Below, one piece after another: positions 52,701 to 62,200 of a stretch of 64,000 nt of DNA; the first letter of the stretch is position 1; each line of letters begins with the position of its first letter. The notes below the pieces were generated by a model. It saw nothing but the letters and a program-made list of their open reading frames with translations. It searched no databases and was not told the DNA's origin. The DNA lies in NCBI RefSeq assembly GCF_963921235.1, contig NC_086097.1, forward strand, positions 73,720,001 to 73,784,000. Direction: 5' to 3'. The stretch comes from Mobula hypostoma. Its lineage: Eukaryota. The position numbers were made by a program, and so were the translations under genes.

Positions 52701-55284
52701 ATTAAAGCCAGTGGACGTGAGAGGGAAAGATAACCACAAATGCAGTTATAAAAAGTGGTAAAGAAGATTATTAGAGGATAATTGTGCAGGAGTTCAAGGA
52801 TATGTCATTGGCCCAACAACCTTTGGTTGTTTCATCAATGACTCTCATTTGAACTTTATTGTAAATGTGGACGCAGTGTTCAGCTCTTACTGCAACTCTC
52901 TAGGCAAGAGACATCTTGTCCACAGGCATCAACTCTTGGACAAATTTAGATTTCTGCTATGAAGTGGCAAGCAAGCGTTATAACTCAAGAATCAGGCAAC
53001 TGATCATGTCCATCTGGCAAGTCTGTTTGGCTCCCCATTCCCCCATCTGGGATCACCAAAAATCAGAAAGTTTATAGGACTTACCACAAAATAGTCACTC
53101 AGAGATAAAACATTCTGCAGAGTCTCTCCCAACTTTTAAGTCTTTCCACTATCTACAAGGCACAAATCAGGAGGATCCCAGAAAACTTCCCACTTGCCTG
53201 GATGACAACAGGTAAAATACTCACCAAACCCCAATAATCAGTGTAAAGCTAAATGTTACACTGGAATCTCATCCAGCACGTTCAATGATTATTTTCTATG
53301 TTCCAATGGACTGTGGCTTCAGTGTGTGGCTGCGTGAACTAAGAGACAAACTAAAGTGAACATTGCCAAAGAGACTTTACTCACCTGGCTTGTATAGAAC
53401 TGTACAGGTAACATTTCCTCATCACTGTGTTAAAAAACTTTTTACTCTCGATCCATAATCAACACATACATTGCAGTGACTTAAGGCAACAGCTCAACAA
53501 CACATACGAGGAGTGATTGATAGGTTCGTGGCCTAAGGTAGAAGGAGCCAATTTTCGAAAACCTAGCACATTTATTTTTCAACATAGTCGCCTCCTACAT
53601 TTACACACTTAGTCCAACAGTCGTGGAGCATACAGATCCCTTCTTTGTAGAAGTCGGCATCTTGGACCTCCACAAAGTGATCTACAGCAGGGGTGATTGA
53701 TAAGTTTGTGGCCTAAGGTAGAAGGAGATGAGTTCTTAACTTCAAACTTACTGCACAATCACTCAAAGAGTTGAACTGCATGTGCATGTAACGAGAGCTG
53801 TATAACTCATCTCCTTCTACCTTAGGCCATGAACTTATCAATCACCCCTGGTGTGGACCACTTTCTGGAGGTCCATGACGCCGACTTCTACAAAGAAGGG
53901 ATCTGTATGCTCCACGACCGCTGGACTAAGTATGTAAATGTAGGAGGGGACTATGTTGAAAAATAAATGTGCTAGGTTTTCTAAAATTGACTCCTTCTAC
54001 CTTAGGCCACAAAATTATCAATCACCCCTCATATTTAAGAGGAATTAGAGAAAGGCAAGACATGTTGGCGTTGCCAGCAATGCAAAACGCTCAAGAATAC
54101 AAAGTAGGAAATTAGGGCATTGTGTGTAGCTTTTAGCACTCAGTTATCCTGAAGTTAGTGGAACCATGATAAAAGGTACAAAGCTTCTTCTCAAGATAGA
54201 TTGAGCAGATTTAGATTTTTCTCTCTGGAGAGAAAAGAAAAAGATGAAACAACTGGGATGTTGAACATCGTGCACAATTTTGAAATGAAATGCTGATGAC
54301 ATTTTTAGATTCATTATAATAAATAAAAGGAGAAAATTTACAAACAATATTTTCATATTTGGAGTTGATACAACTTACTTAGGGCAGAACAGTTGGATCA
54401 GCACAACAACAAAACTTTAAAAGATCAAACTGAATAGGATTTTAGGGGAAAAAAGACAAAGGTATGGGCATGGAAAAAAACAGCAGAGACAGGGAAGTGA
54501 GGAGCTGGCACAGGGTAACGGCACCCATTTATATAAATGAAAATGAGAATTAATGAACAAGTCTAGCAGTAAGTTTAGTAATAAAAAGAGCTCAATGAAG
54601 CTACCATATAAATAAATTAGCTAAATTAAGATTGTAAATTTCATGACCTTTACCTCTTGGGTTGATTGTAGGGGTAAGGTCCTCTATTTGGAATTACATG
54701 AGGTTCAACTGTAAGTGTCTGATTCTCCTCTGTCTCATCACCACCACTCTCTCCTTTTCGTTTTTTCCCTTTACCAGTCTGTACCGAAAATGTGATCCTG
54801 CAGTTTCAGGAGAAAAATATTCATATTTTTCCTTAAAAGATTATGACATATTTTCACTTACTGGATAATTATTCTGCATTAGCTTTTATGATGCATAATT
54901 CCTGCAGGCTGATATGGCAAGACCACAACAAAATACTGACAATTAGAGGAAACTCTGGAGATTTTAATATTTATATTTGCAAAAGAACTTTATACTTATG
55001 CAAAGATTTCTCATTTTAAAATATTTCAAACTATAATTTTACCTGAAGGGAGGTTTCTGCAGAGCAGAGCTTTCTACCGTAGATTTAATTGTACACCCAG
55101 GAAAACTAGCTTTCAGGTGATCCATTGAGAAGAAGGTGTCATTAAAGTCCAGCGAGACAATCTGATTTGGCATTTTAGAATAATGAGCACTTCCTGGATC
55201 TCCATATCCAAGGATAATGTCATGAAGCCAGTCAGGAACGACACACTCTGTGTTCATTAGGTGCCGGATAGTCTCAAGCACTGC
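19536..55284 (-). CDS. AQR: AQR / Aquarius RNA helicase (intron-binding spliceosomal SF1 helicase), 3' 16 coding exons; 5' part outside window
   Basis: Spliced translation runs [22 protein letters not shown]...[11 protein letters not shown] (Walker A)...ILMEEAAQ (motif II)...GDHHQLPP...[11 protein letters not shown]...[11 protein letters not shown]...EEEKES*. All 15 introns are GT..AG and phases join in frame. Recognised as AQR from the protein sequence. Confidence 0.97.
20736..20849 (-). CDS. AQR: AQR exon, 114 bp ([23 protein letters not shown]...HQYRQ)
   Basis: gtttag acceptor, gtaagc donor. Confidence 0.93.
20954..21128 (-). CDS. AQR: AQR exon, 175 bp ([19 protein letters not shown]...PTDRR; motif VI)
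   Basis: atttag acceptor, gtatct donor; followed by a 104-bp intron. Confidence 0.95.
21887..22106. mobile_element. 220-bp Penelope-derived palindromic mini-element with a hammerhead core
   Basis: 90-bp inverted arms (21886-21975 and 21980-22069, 1 mismatch); 15-bp TSD TAATTATAACATGTA at 21872-21886 and 22107-22121. Confidence 0.85.
21946..21981 (-). ncRNA. Minimal type I hammerhead ribozyme motif (PLE type)
   Basis: GUU-CUGACGA-AGG(GUCUCGG)CCU-GAAAC-GUC/GACUG on the minus strand. Confidence 0.7.
24060..27752 (-). mobile_element. Internally deleted BEL/Pao element: 5' LTR (about 27280-27752), gag/protease-region remnants, PPT, partial 3' LTR (about 24060-24431)
   Basis: Direct repeats at both ends; GGAGAGCTGGAA|TGTAGAAGC PPT-LTR junction; [11 protein letters not shown]ao motif. 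Confidence 0.8.
28788..28841. repeat. 27-bp tandem duplication
   Basis: tttttactgttatttcatcatttgtta occurs twice in tandem. Confidence 0.85.
29184..29269 (-). CDS. AQR: AQR exon, 86 bp ([29 protein letters not shown])
   Basis: ttccag acceptor, gtatgg donor. Confidence 0.96.
29940..30110 (-). CDS. AQR: AQR exon, 171 bp ([21 protein letters not shown]...GRPSK)
   Basis: taacag acceptor, gtaaga donor. Confidence 0.95.
30318..30489 (-). CDS. AQR: AQR exon, 172 bp ([10 protein letters not shown]...EPNPYFYQ)
   Basis: tttaag (AAG-type) acceptor, gtaaat donor; phase consistent. Confidence 0.94.
30520..34160 (-). mobile_element. Decayed CR1 LINE (3' end 30520-31210; ORF1/ORF2 5' remnants 31480-34160)
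   Basis: CR1 3' stem and tail; ORF1-like [17 protein letters not shown]; many stops; middle missing. Confidence 0.7.
34345..34480 (+). mobile_element. Ancient Deu-domain SINE remnant (SacSINE1/AmnSINE1-like)
   Basis: agatattaaactgtggctgcatctgcc...gtggatgtaaatgatcctgtggtactgctcgaag resembles the Deu core from memory. Confidence 0.55.
34588..34775 (-). CDS. AQR: AQR exon, 188 bp ([23 protein letters not shown]...QGRARA)
   Basis: tgacag acceptor, gtaaaa donor. Confidence 0.96.
35110..35181 (-). CDS. AQR: AQR exon, 72 bp ([24 protein letters not shown]; motif II)
   Basis: tgacag acceptor, gtaata donor. Confidence 0.96.
36327..36464 (-). CDS. AQR: AQR exon, 138 bp ([19 protein letters not shown]...ELGFK)
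   Basis: ctgcag acceptor, gtaaag donor. Confidence 0.96.
37678..38330 (-). mobile_element. Penelope-like element 3' fragment (GIY-YIG C-terminal region plus pseudo-LTR with a decayed hammerhead)
   Basis: [25 protein letters not shown]; minus-strand ttgatga-atggtcttagccc-gaaatgtt-aactg at about 37776-37810. Confidence 0.75.
38595..38790 (-). mobile_element. Second Penelope-type terminal fragment with a hammerhead core
   Basis: CUGAUGA-A-GAUGGC(AGAGUCU)GUCAUC-GAAA-AGUC on minus at 38637-38671. Confidence 0.6.
39643..39852 (-). CDS. AQR: AQR exon, 210 bp (VMSRWEEYL...KIFTQLE)
   Basis: attcag acceptor, gtaggc donor. Confidence 0.95.
40327..40462 (-). CDS. AQR: AQR exon, 136 bp ([11 protein letters not shown]...HFYLYQ)
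   Basis: aatag acceptor, gtaagc donor. Confidence 0.95.
43375..43632 (-). mobile_element. tRNA-derived SINE (V-SINE/HE1-like), decayed
   Basis: gggcggcatggtagcgtaggggttagc head; cccacagtccaaagatgt central motif; AATAAA plus (GAT)n tail. Confidence 0.65.
44336..44445 (-). CDS. AQR: AQR exon, 110 bp ([37 protein letters not shown])
   Basis: ctacag acceptor, gtgagc donor. Confidence 0.96.
44712..44920 (-). mobile_element. Ancient Deu-type SINE 3' remnant
   Basis: tatttatacaccacctttcac...gtcactattgaaatgtaagaaa...ccacaaacagcaatg resembles SacSINE1-type 3' ends. Confidence 0.5.
45685..45785 (-). mobile_element. Penelope pseudo-LTR fragment (same family as 21887, 37678 and 55622)
   Basis: acacacaaaatgctggaggaactcagcaggtcaggcagcatctatgg...cagtcaacatttt. 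Confidence 0.7.
47099..48724 (-). mobile_element. Pogo/Tigger-type DNA transposon, internally deleted
   Basis: TA|CAGGT(T/G)TCCCC inverted termini with TA flanks; ORF 47875..48396 is Tigger C-terminal-like with a PIP-box-like KQSSILSFF. Confidence 0.85.
47593..47933. mobile_element. Palindromic hAT MITE nested in the Tigger element
   Basis: CAGTGGTCCCCAACC terminus; long internal palindrome; 8-bp TSD GGGTGGTG at 47585-47592 and 47934-47941. Confidence 0.85.
49914..50024 (-). CDS. AQR: AQR exon, 111 bp ([11 protein letters not shown]...THSNQ; Walker A)
   Basis: tttcag acceptor, gtacct donor. Confidence 0.96.
50126..50195 (-). CDS. AQR: AQR exon, 70 bp ([24 protein letters not shown] motif)
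   Basis: tttcag acceptor, gtatca donor; followed by a 101-bp intron. Confidence 0.95.
52639..52727. repeat. 37-bp inverted repeat with a 15-nt spacer
   Basis: 52639-52675 vs 52691-52727, 3 mismatches. Confidence 0.85.
53507..54031. mobile_element. Mariner-derived foldback MITE with 228-bp arms
   Basis: TA flanks; arms 53507-53734 and 53804-54031; arms encode mariner C-terminus [27 protein letters not shown]. Confidence 0.88.
54654..54797 (-). CDS. AQR: AQR exon, 144 bp ([14 protein letters not shown]...PYPYNQPKR)
   Basis: ctgcag acceptor, gtaaag donor; phase 2 to phase 2. Confidence 0.95.
55043..55284 (-). CDS. AQR: AQR exon, 242 bp (AVLETIRH...QKPPFR)
   Basis: tttccag acceptor, gtaaaa donor; matches ORF 55039..55281. 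Confidence 0.95.
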
Positions 55285-55621
55285 CTGGAAATGAAATACA
55301 TTTTTTTTATGAAGTCACTCTAAACAAAAGCCACCACATGAAATATAAAGGAAATACTTGCTTAAAGTTGAGACCTAACCATCGATCTAACATGACTAAG
55401 TGGGAAAGCATAGAGTTATACTTACAACATCTGTAAATAATGTGGTAATTCCAGAGACTATTAATACTGTTATAAACACTGAGCTTTTCTTTAAATTTTA
55501 CAAGTTTTGGGGTCTAATTATTTATGAAAGAAAAGGAAACGAAAGTCATGATTTCTTTGATGACAACGGAAACCGTGAATATGATCAGGTGAAATCTTCA
55601 AGATAAACCAGGCTAAATATA

Positions 55622-55720
55622 AGTCCTGATGAAGGGTCTCGGCCTGAAACGTCAACTGTGCTTCTTCCTATACATGCTGTCTGGCCTGCTGCATTCCACC
55701 AGCATTTTGTGTGTGTTGCT
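55622..55720 (+). mobile_element. Penelope pseudo-LTR fragment with hammerhead core CUGAUGA...GAAAC-GUC
   Basis: agtc-CTGATGA-aggGTCTCGGcct-GAAAC-GTC-aact at 55622-55657. Confidence 0.75.
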
Positions 55721-56339
55721 TAAATATTGTTAGTTTACAGGGAAAGTGCACAGGCAAAGAGAATATGAGAATAGAATGGAAGTTAACATAAAACGGAGCC
55801 CAAAAATCATCCATAATTATGGGAATATTAAGTAGATGGTGAGTGGCACATTGGGAGCTACAAGGGACAAAGTAGATGACATTTGGTCAAAGGCACCAAG
55901 CAAGACTAGAATACCCAACAGAGTGAGTAAACTCCTCCTGTGTCTAAACAAATTAGTGACCCAGAGAAATTTAGGCTGCAGTGGTCTGCCTTTCAAAGTT
56001 AAAACAATTAACTTATTTTTTTTTAACAATTACTTTTACACATTATCCCTATTAAATGGCTAAACATTATAAGGCATTTTATGTGAGAAGTATCCAAGAA
56101 AATTATACCTGGAGGAATAAGAGGATACTAGAGCAGTAAACAAAACCTTAAGTTAAAAAGTTTTAAGAAGTGGCATAACAGATAGCAGGAAGATAGAGAA
56201 GTCTAAGAAAGGAATTACAGAGCTTAAGGCCATGGAGACTGGAAGTATGACCACAGACGATGATTTCTGGGATGAAAGATTATGAGGAATAGGAAGGAAA
56301 ATGGTGCCGAGACCAAGATCAGATCTGTCATGATCTTAA

Positions 56340-56975
56340 AGAAGAAATGAACAGACAAAACTTTGAAAGATTAGGGTGTTGAAGACTAAGGGAATTGTTA
56401 AGATATCCCTGAAGGGATGTAGCCCTGATTGTTGATAGAGGCAACAGATGATATCACTGGGGCCTTGACAATTACCTTTGTGTGCTCTATAGCCATGGGC
56501 AAGATCCTGGAGGACTGGTGACAAGCTAATGTTACTCCATTACTCAAGAGGAGAAACAGGGATAATCTTGGAAGCTATTCGCTGGTGCATCTCACGTCAG
56601 CGGTGGGGAAGTTGTTAGAGAGGATTCTTAGAGATAGAATTTATTAGCAACCGGAAACCCATGACTTGACAGTCAGCTCAGTTTTGTACAAGGCAAGTTG
56701 TGTCTTACTAACTTGATTGAGATTTTTGAAAAGATGACATAGGTGAGAGATGAAGGTGGAGCTATGAATGTTGTCTACAAAGAATTTTGTAAGGCATTTG
56801 CTAAGTCCCTTATGGGAGGCTCATCTAAAAAATTAAAATGCAAGAGATCCATAGTGAATAGACCATTTGAATTCAGAGTTAACTTCCTGTAAAAGACAGA
56901 GTGTACTAGTCAATGGTATTTATTCTGACTGGAGATGCGTGACTCATGGTGTTCTACAGGGACTTCCGCTGTTTG
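56340..56975 (+). mobile_element. Decayed CR1 RT fragment
   Basis: Nucleotide similarity to 16960-17550 (gctaatgttactccattactcaag, tgtcttactaacttgattgag). Confidence 0.65.
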
Positions 56976-58718
56976 TAAAAAAACACTCAGTAGACACTTA
57001 ATTAGGTAAACCTGTACATCTGCCTATTTATGCAAATATCTAATTAGCCAATCATGACGAACAGCATACACTGCAATGTTAATTTGGACATCAAGGCATC
57101 TACTTAAGTGATTAAAATCAAGGATGGGAGCAGACATTTTGAAAAGTTGTCGGGCTCAAAGGAGATGCAATACCATGAGGGAACTGGAAAATAACGATAA
57201 GACTACGACTACTACTTAGTTGGATGCCAATGGAGGTCAGCCAAAATGCAGTGGAAGTCGAATCTATAAGCAATGATGACACGAAGGATAAAAGAAGTGG
57301 ATGAACCAAGGCATAGGCAGAAACGGGCAGTCCAAATGATAACATGGATAAATGACTCGAAACTCATCTCAGGTTTAAGTACAACACAAATGTCAGGATC
57401 AGTCTGGTTCAGATCCACAGTAGGTCACAAGCCTTGTGGTCAACATGAGCTTGATGAGGTATGATGGGAAAGATGCAAGTTCAGAGCAAGGGCAGAGATA
57501 AACCTTACAAAATTTTGCCTAACTGGCTTGGAAAACAGCAAAGGCAGTTGCTGAGAGTCCTTAGGTGCAATGATGTACCCATGCGTTCTTCATAGTTATT
57601 ACTGAAACTGGAGATGCAGCAGAGAGAACAATGTGATGGAATGAGATAACTTGCAAGATGAAAAACAGAGATCTTGTAGTCCTAAAGATGCTGGATCCCA
57701 AAAAAGCACTTTATGCGGTTTAGCCAGATCTGCTAATCCAATTATCTATCATCATTTAAGTCTATATTTAAGTGCTTGAACTCAAGAAGACAAAGTCAAA
57801 AACTGTAAATACCAGGGATTGTGTGTTTTAAGGAGACTGACTGAAATTCAAAGCGGGTGCATAATTAGATAGGTAGCTGCAGAAATGTTGCCCAAATGGA
57901 GATATAAAGACATGCACAGTAAAACTCACATATTCTAGCATCCAATTATTTAGAAATCCTGATCGTCCGATATCTGGCTAACTTATTAAGCAGACATAGG
58001 AGCAAGGGGCCTTGAGTGCAAATACTATGTCCAGCCAGAACCAGCAGAATGGAAACGGCCAAGGCCAAGGTCTGGACTGTGGGACAGTTATGTGGCTTGA
58101 GCTGGGTGTTGGGGGTCTACAAGGACACAATAAACTCACCATTAAATATTATGAAAATGAAGGTTGGTTCAATCTTAAATAAGTTAACAAAATAAAACAC
58201 AAAAATCTAGGTTTTGTTCAGAAGGAATACATGTCACTTTTTAATTTTATATTCAATGAACCATTAAATCCAAACAACCATTAAATTAATTTACTTTGGA
58301 GACCAAAAATGCTTTATGAAATGAAGAAGCTTTAAATGACAAGAGCTTTGTGACTTCTGTTGATTTTTCTTCTGCCCTTTTATTCTGAACCTCAATTTCT
58401 TGTTGATCTCTCCTGCTCTGAGTGTAGAAGGTTAGAGACCAAGTGATTAAGAAATGCTTATACCTTTCATACTGACAAACATGTGATGCTCCAAGATAGT
58501 CATTTTTTGTTTCATTTTCAAGCAGGAAGTTGAGCAATATTTGAGCAATGCAAAGTTCATCATCCCCCCTCTAGTAATTACAAAGAACACACTCTTTCTT
58601 ACAGAACTCTCTTGAACCACTGGCAATATATAATTAAATGGCTCACTTGCCATTTGAGAAACATACATACAGATTCTAAACTGAAGTCACATAAGAGAAA
58701 AACAATCACAGGAATGTA

Positions 58719-59228
58719 CTGTGGTGCTAGAAAGTATATGAACCTCGTAGAATTTTCTCTATTTCTGCATAAATATTACCTAAGTGTGATCATATCATCA
58801 TAAAAGTCCTAAAACTAGATAAAGAAAACCCAATTAAATAAATAACACAAAAAAAATTATATTTGTTCATTTATTTGTTGAGAAAAGTTATCCACTATTA
58901 CATGTATTTGTTGGAAAAAAATATGTGAACCTTTGCTTTCAGTAACTAGTGTAACCCCCTTGTACAGCAGTAACTTCAATCAAACATTTCTGGTAACTAT
59001 TGATCAGTCCTGCACATCTGCTTGGAGGAATTTGAGACCATTCCTCCATATAAAACTGTTTCAGTTCATCAATATTTCTGGGATACCTTGCATGAACAGT
59101 CCTCTTCGGCTCATGGCACAGAATCTCAATTAGGTTAAGATCTGGACTCTGACTTGGCCATTTCAAAACATGAATTTTCTTCTTTTTAAACCATTCTGTT
59201 GTTGATTTACTCTTCTGTTTCTGATCAT
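58719..59228 (-). mobile_element. Tc1-like transposon 3' end, interrupted by the Gypsy element
   Basis: TA|CTGTGGTGCTAGAAAGTATATGAACC terminus with an inner repeat at about 58915-58932; ORF WPSQSPDLNLIE...GGYTSY. Confidence 0.85.
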
Positions 59229-62200
59229 TGTGACTGGGTCCTGAATTACCCCTATGAACTGTGCTTTTGAAAAGAGAGAGTTGTTCAACAGCAGATACCT
59301 AGTTAAAAAGAGAGAGAGAGAAAGAAAGAGAGAGAGAGGCGAAGATTGCTCACAGTTTGTTTATACTTTTTACAAGGACATTAGCAGTTTCCAAGTTCTT
59401 ACAGAGAGAGAAGGGAGGAGCTGCTTGATGGACAGCTAGTATTCAGCACGGTGAGATACATAGAAGGTTAGCTGTTAGACCTACAGACACATGGTTTTGG
59501 ACACTGAATGAGCTTTGTTGTACCCACAGAAAAGGTGGGTTTTGGAGGATCGATCGGTGGCTCTCACAGTGTGAAAGGGGTGTGACCGGTGGGGAGTTAT
59601 TCGTGTGTCCAACCCTCGCCTGGGTTGATAATTCCAGCACAGAAGAACGATCCCCTTTGTTGTGGTCACAGTCAGTGATTTCTAAAGGATTACGGAGGAC
59701 AACGGGAAGATCGACGGCGTCAGCTCACCTGAAGACTCAAATCTCTCCCTCTCTGTCTCTCTCCATCACTACTTAACTACTTGGTATCATGGATTCTTGA
59801 TTACCTGACTGGCAGACCACAGTACGTGTGCTTGCAACACTGTGTGTCCGACAGAGTGATCAGCAGATGGGGCTCCACAGAGGACTGTCTTGTCTCCCTT
59901 TCTCTTCATCATTTACACCTCGGACTTCAACTACTGCACAGAGTCTTGTCATCTTCAGAAGTTTTCTGATGACTCTGCCATAGTTGGATGCATTAGCAAG
60001 GGAGATGAGGTTGAGTACAGGGCTATGGTAGGAAACTTTGTCATATGGTGTGAGCAGAATTATCTGCAGCTTAATGTGAAAAAGACTAAGGAGCTGGTGG
60101 TAGACCTGAGGAGAGCTAAGGTACCGGTGATTCCTGTTTCCATCCAGGGGGTCAGTGTGGACATGGTGGAGGATTACAAATACCTGGGGATACGAATTGA
60201 CAATAAACTGGACTGGTCAAAGAACACTGAGGCTGTCTACAAGAAGGGTCAGAGCCGTCTCTATTTCCTGAGGAGACTGAGGACCTTTAACATCTGCCGG
60301 ACAATGCTGAGGATGTTCTACGAGTCTGTGGTGGCCAGTGCTATCATGTTTGCTGTTGTGTGCTGGGGCAGCAGGCTGAGGGTAGCAGACACCAACAGAA
60401 TCAACAAACTCATTCGTAAGGCCAGTGATGTTGTGGGTTGGAACTGAACTCTCTCACTGTGGTGTCTGAAAAGAGGATGCTGTCTAAGTTGCATGCCATC
60501 TTGGTCAATGTCTCCCATCCACTACATAATGTACTGGGTGGGCACAGGAGTACATTCAGCCAGAGACTCATTCCTCCGAGATGCAGCACAGAGCATCATA
60601 GGAAGTCATTCCTGCCTGTGGCCATCAAACTTTACAACTCCTCCCTTGGAGGGTCAGACACCCTGAATTGATAGGCTGGTCCTGGACTTATTTCAAAATT
60701 TACTGGCATAATTTACATATTACTATTTAACTATTTGTGGTTCTATTACTATTTATTATTTATGGTGCAACTGTAATGAAAACCAATTTCCCCGGGATCA
60801 ATAAAGTATGACTATGACTATAACTAACTCAATACCACAAACTGAACTGAACTTTACTCATTTTCGTAAGACTATCTATTTACCCCTAGACTTGAAGAGG
60901 CTTGGTTTTTATATACATTTCCACATTTACTTATATAAAATCATTGCTAACCTGTTTTATATATCTAATTTTATACTACTGTATTGCGTAGTTACTAATA
61001 AATACCATTAGTTAATAGCAATACTGGACTCCAAAGTGTTTTCCATTTCTGCTGGTTCTTTAACCCGTCACGGGGTATGTGACAAAATTGGGGCCTACGT
61101 CCGAGATATGAACAAATTGGTTGGAGGGCTTGTTTGAGTTGATTGGGGAGAATCACTTTTGATTTGCTTGTGTGGAAAAACAGCAGACATGGTTGTTCCG
61201 GATTTTCTGGCAGGGCCAGACCCTGTGGTTTTGAAGAGAGCTAAAAAGGAAGAGTTGCGGAAAATTGTTGAGGAACTGGAACTTAAGATGGTAAAGAAGG
61301 GTATGACTAAGGTAGAAATTCAGAGAAAAATAGTTGACTATTTTATTTCGATGAAGCAATTTACGGAGGATGTATTGAAAATGTTCGTGGAAGGTAAACC
61401 TACTGAAGCTTCAGTTGGCAAAATTAAAAATGGAGCATGAATTGCGATTAAAATTGTTCGAGGTGGAAGAGGCTGATAAGCAGAGAGATTTTGAGAGGGA
61501 GATATTGCGGCAAGGAGGTCAAGTGCCACGCCGTGGTACTGAACAGGCAGCACCGTTTAATGTGAGCCAAGAAATTATGTTGGTACCTCCATTTGAGGAA
61601 ACAGAAGTCGATAGGTATTTCCTACATTTTGAAAAAGTGGCCATATATTGGAAGTGGCCGAGAGATCATTGGGCTGTCCTGTTACAGAGTATGATTAAGG
61701 GGAAGGCTCGACGAGCGTATTGGGCGTTGTCTGTTGCAGACGCAAATGATTAATGATGTAGTGAAAGGTGCTGTACTTAAAGTTTACGAGTTGGTCCCGG
61801 AGACATACAGGCAAAGGTTCCGAAATTTGAGGAAGCCTTGGGACTGCACGTATTTAGAGTTTGCCCGTGAGATGCAGATGTACTTTGAATGCTGGTGTAC
61901 CTCGAAAAGGGCAAGTGAGGATATTGACAACCTAAAAGAGTTGATATTGATTGAACAGTTTAAAGACTGCGTCCCTGATGGTAAAAGGACATCTTAGATG
62001 AGAAAGAGGCAGCGACACTGTCAGACTCTGCTAGGTTAGCAGACGAATATGCCTTAACTCATAAGGTTAGGTTTTTTCCGAAGAGGAGCTACCAAAAGGG
62101 TAATAGAGATAATCCACCGGCTAAACCAGAAAGTAAGCCAGGAACTAGAGACAAAAGTAAGGAGGAAGGAAAGCAGTTGGGGGAAAATTTCCCAGTTTCA

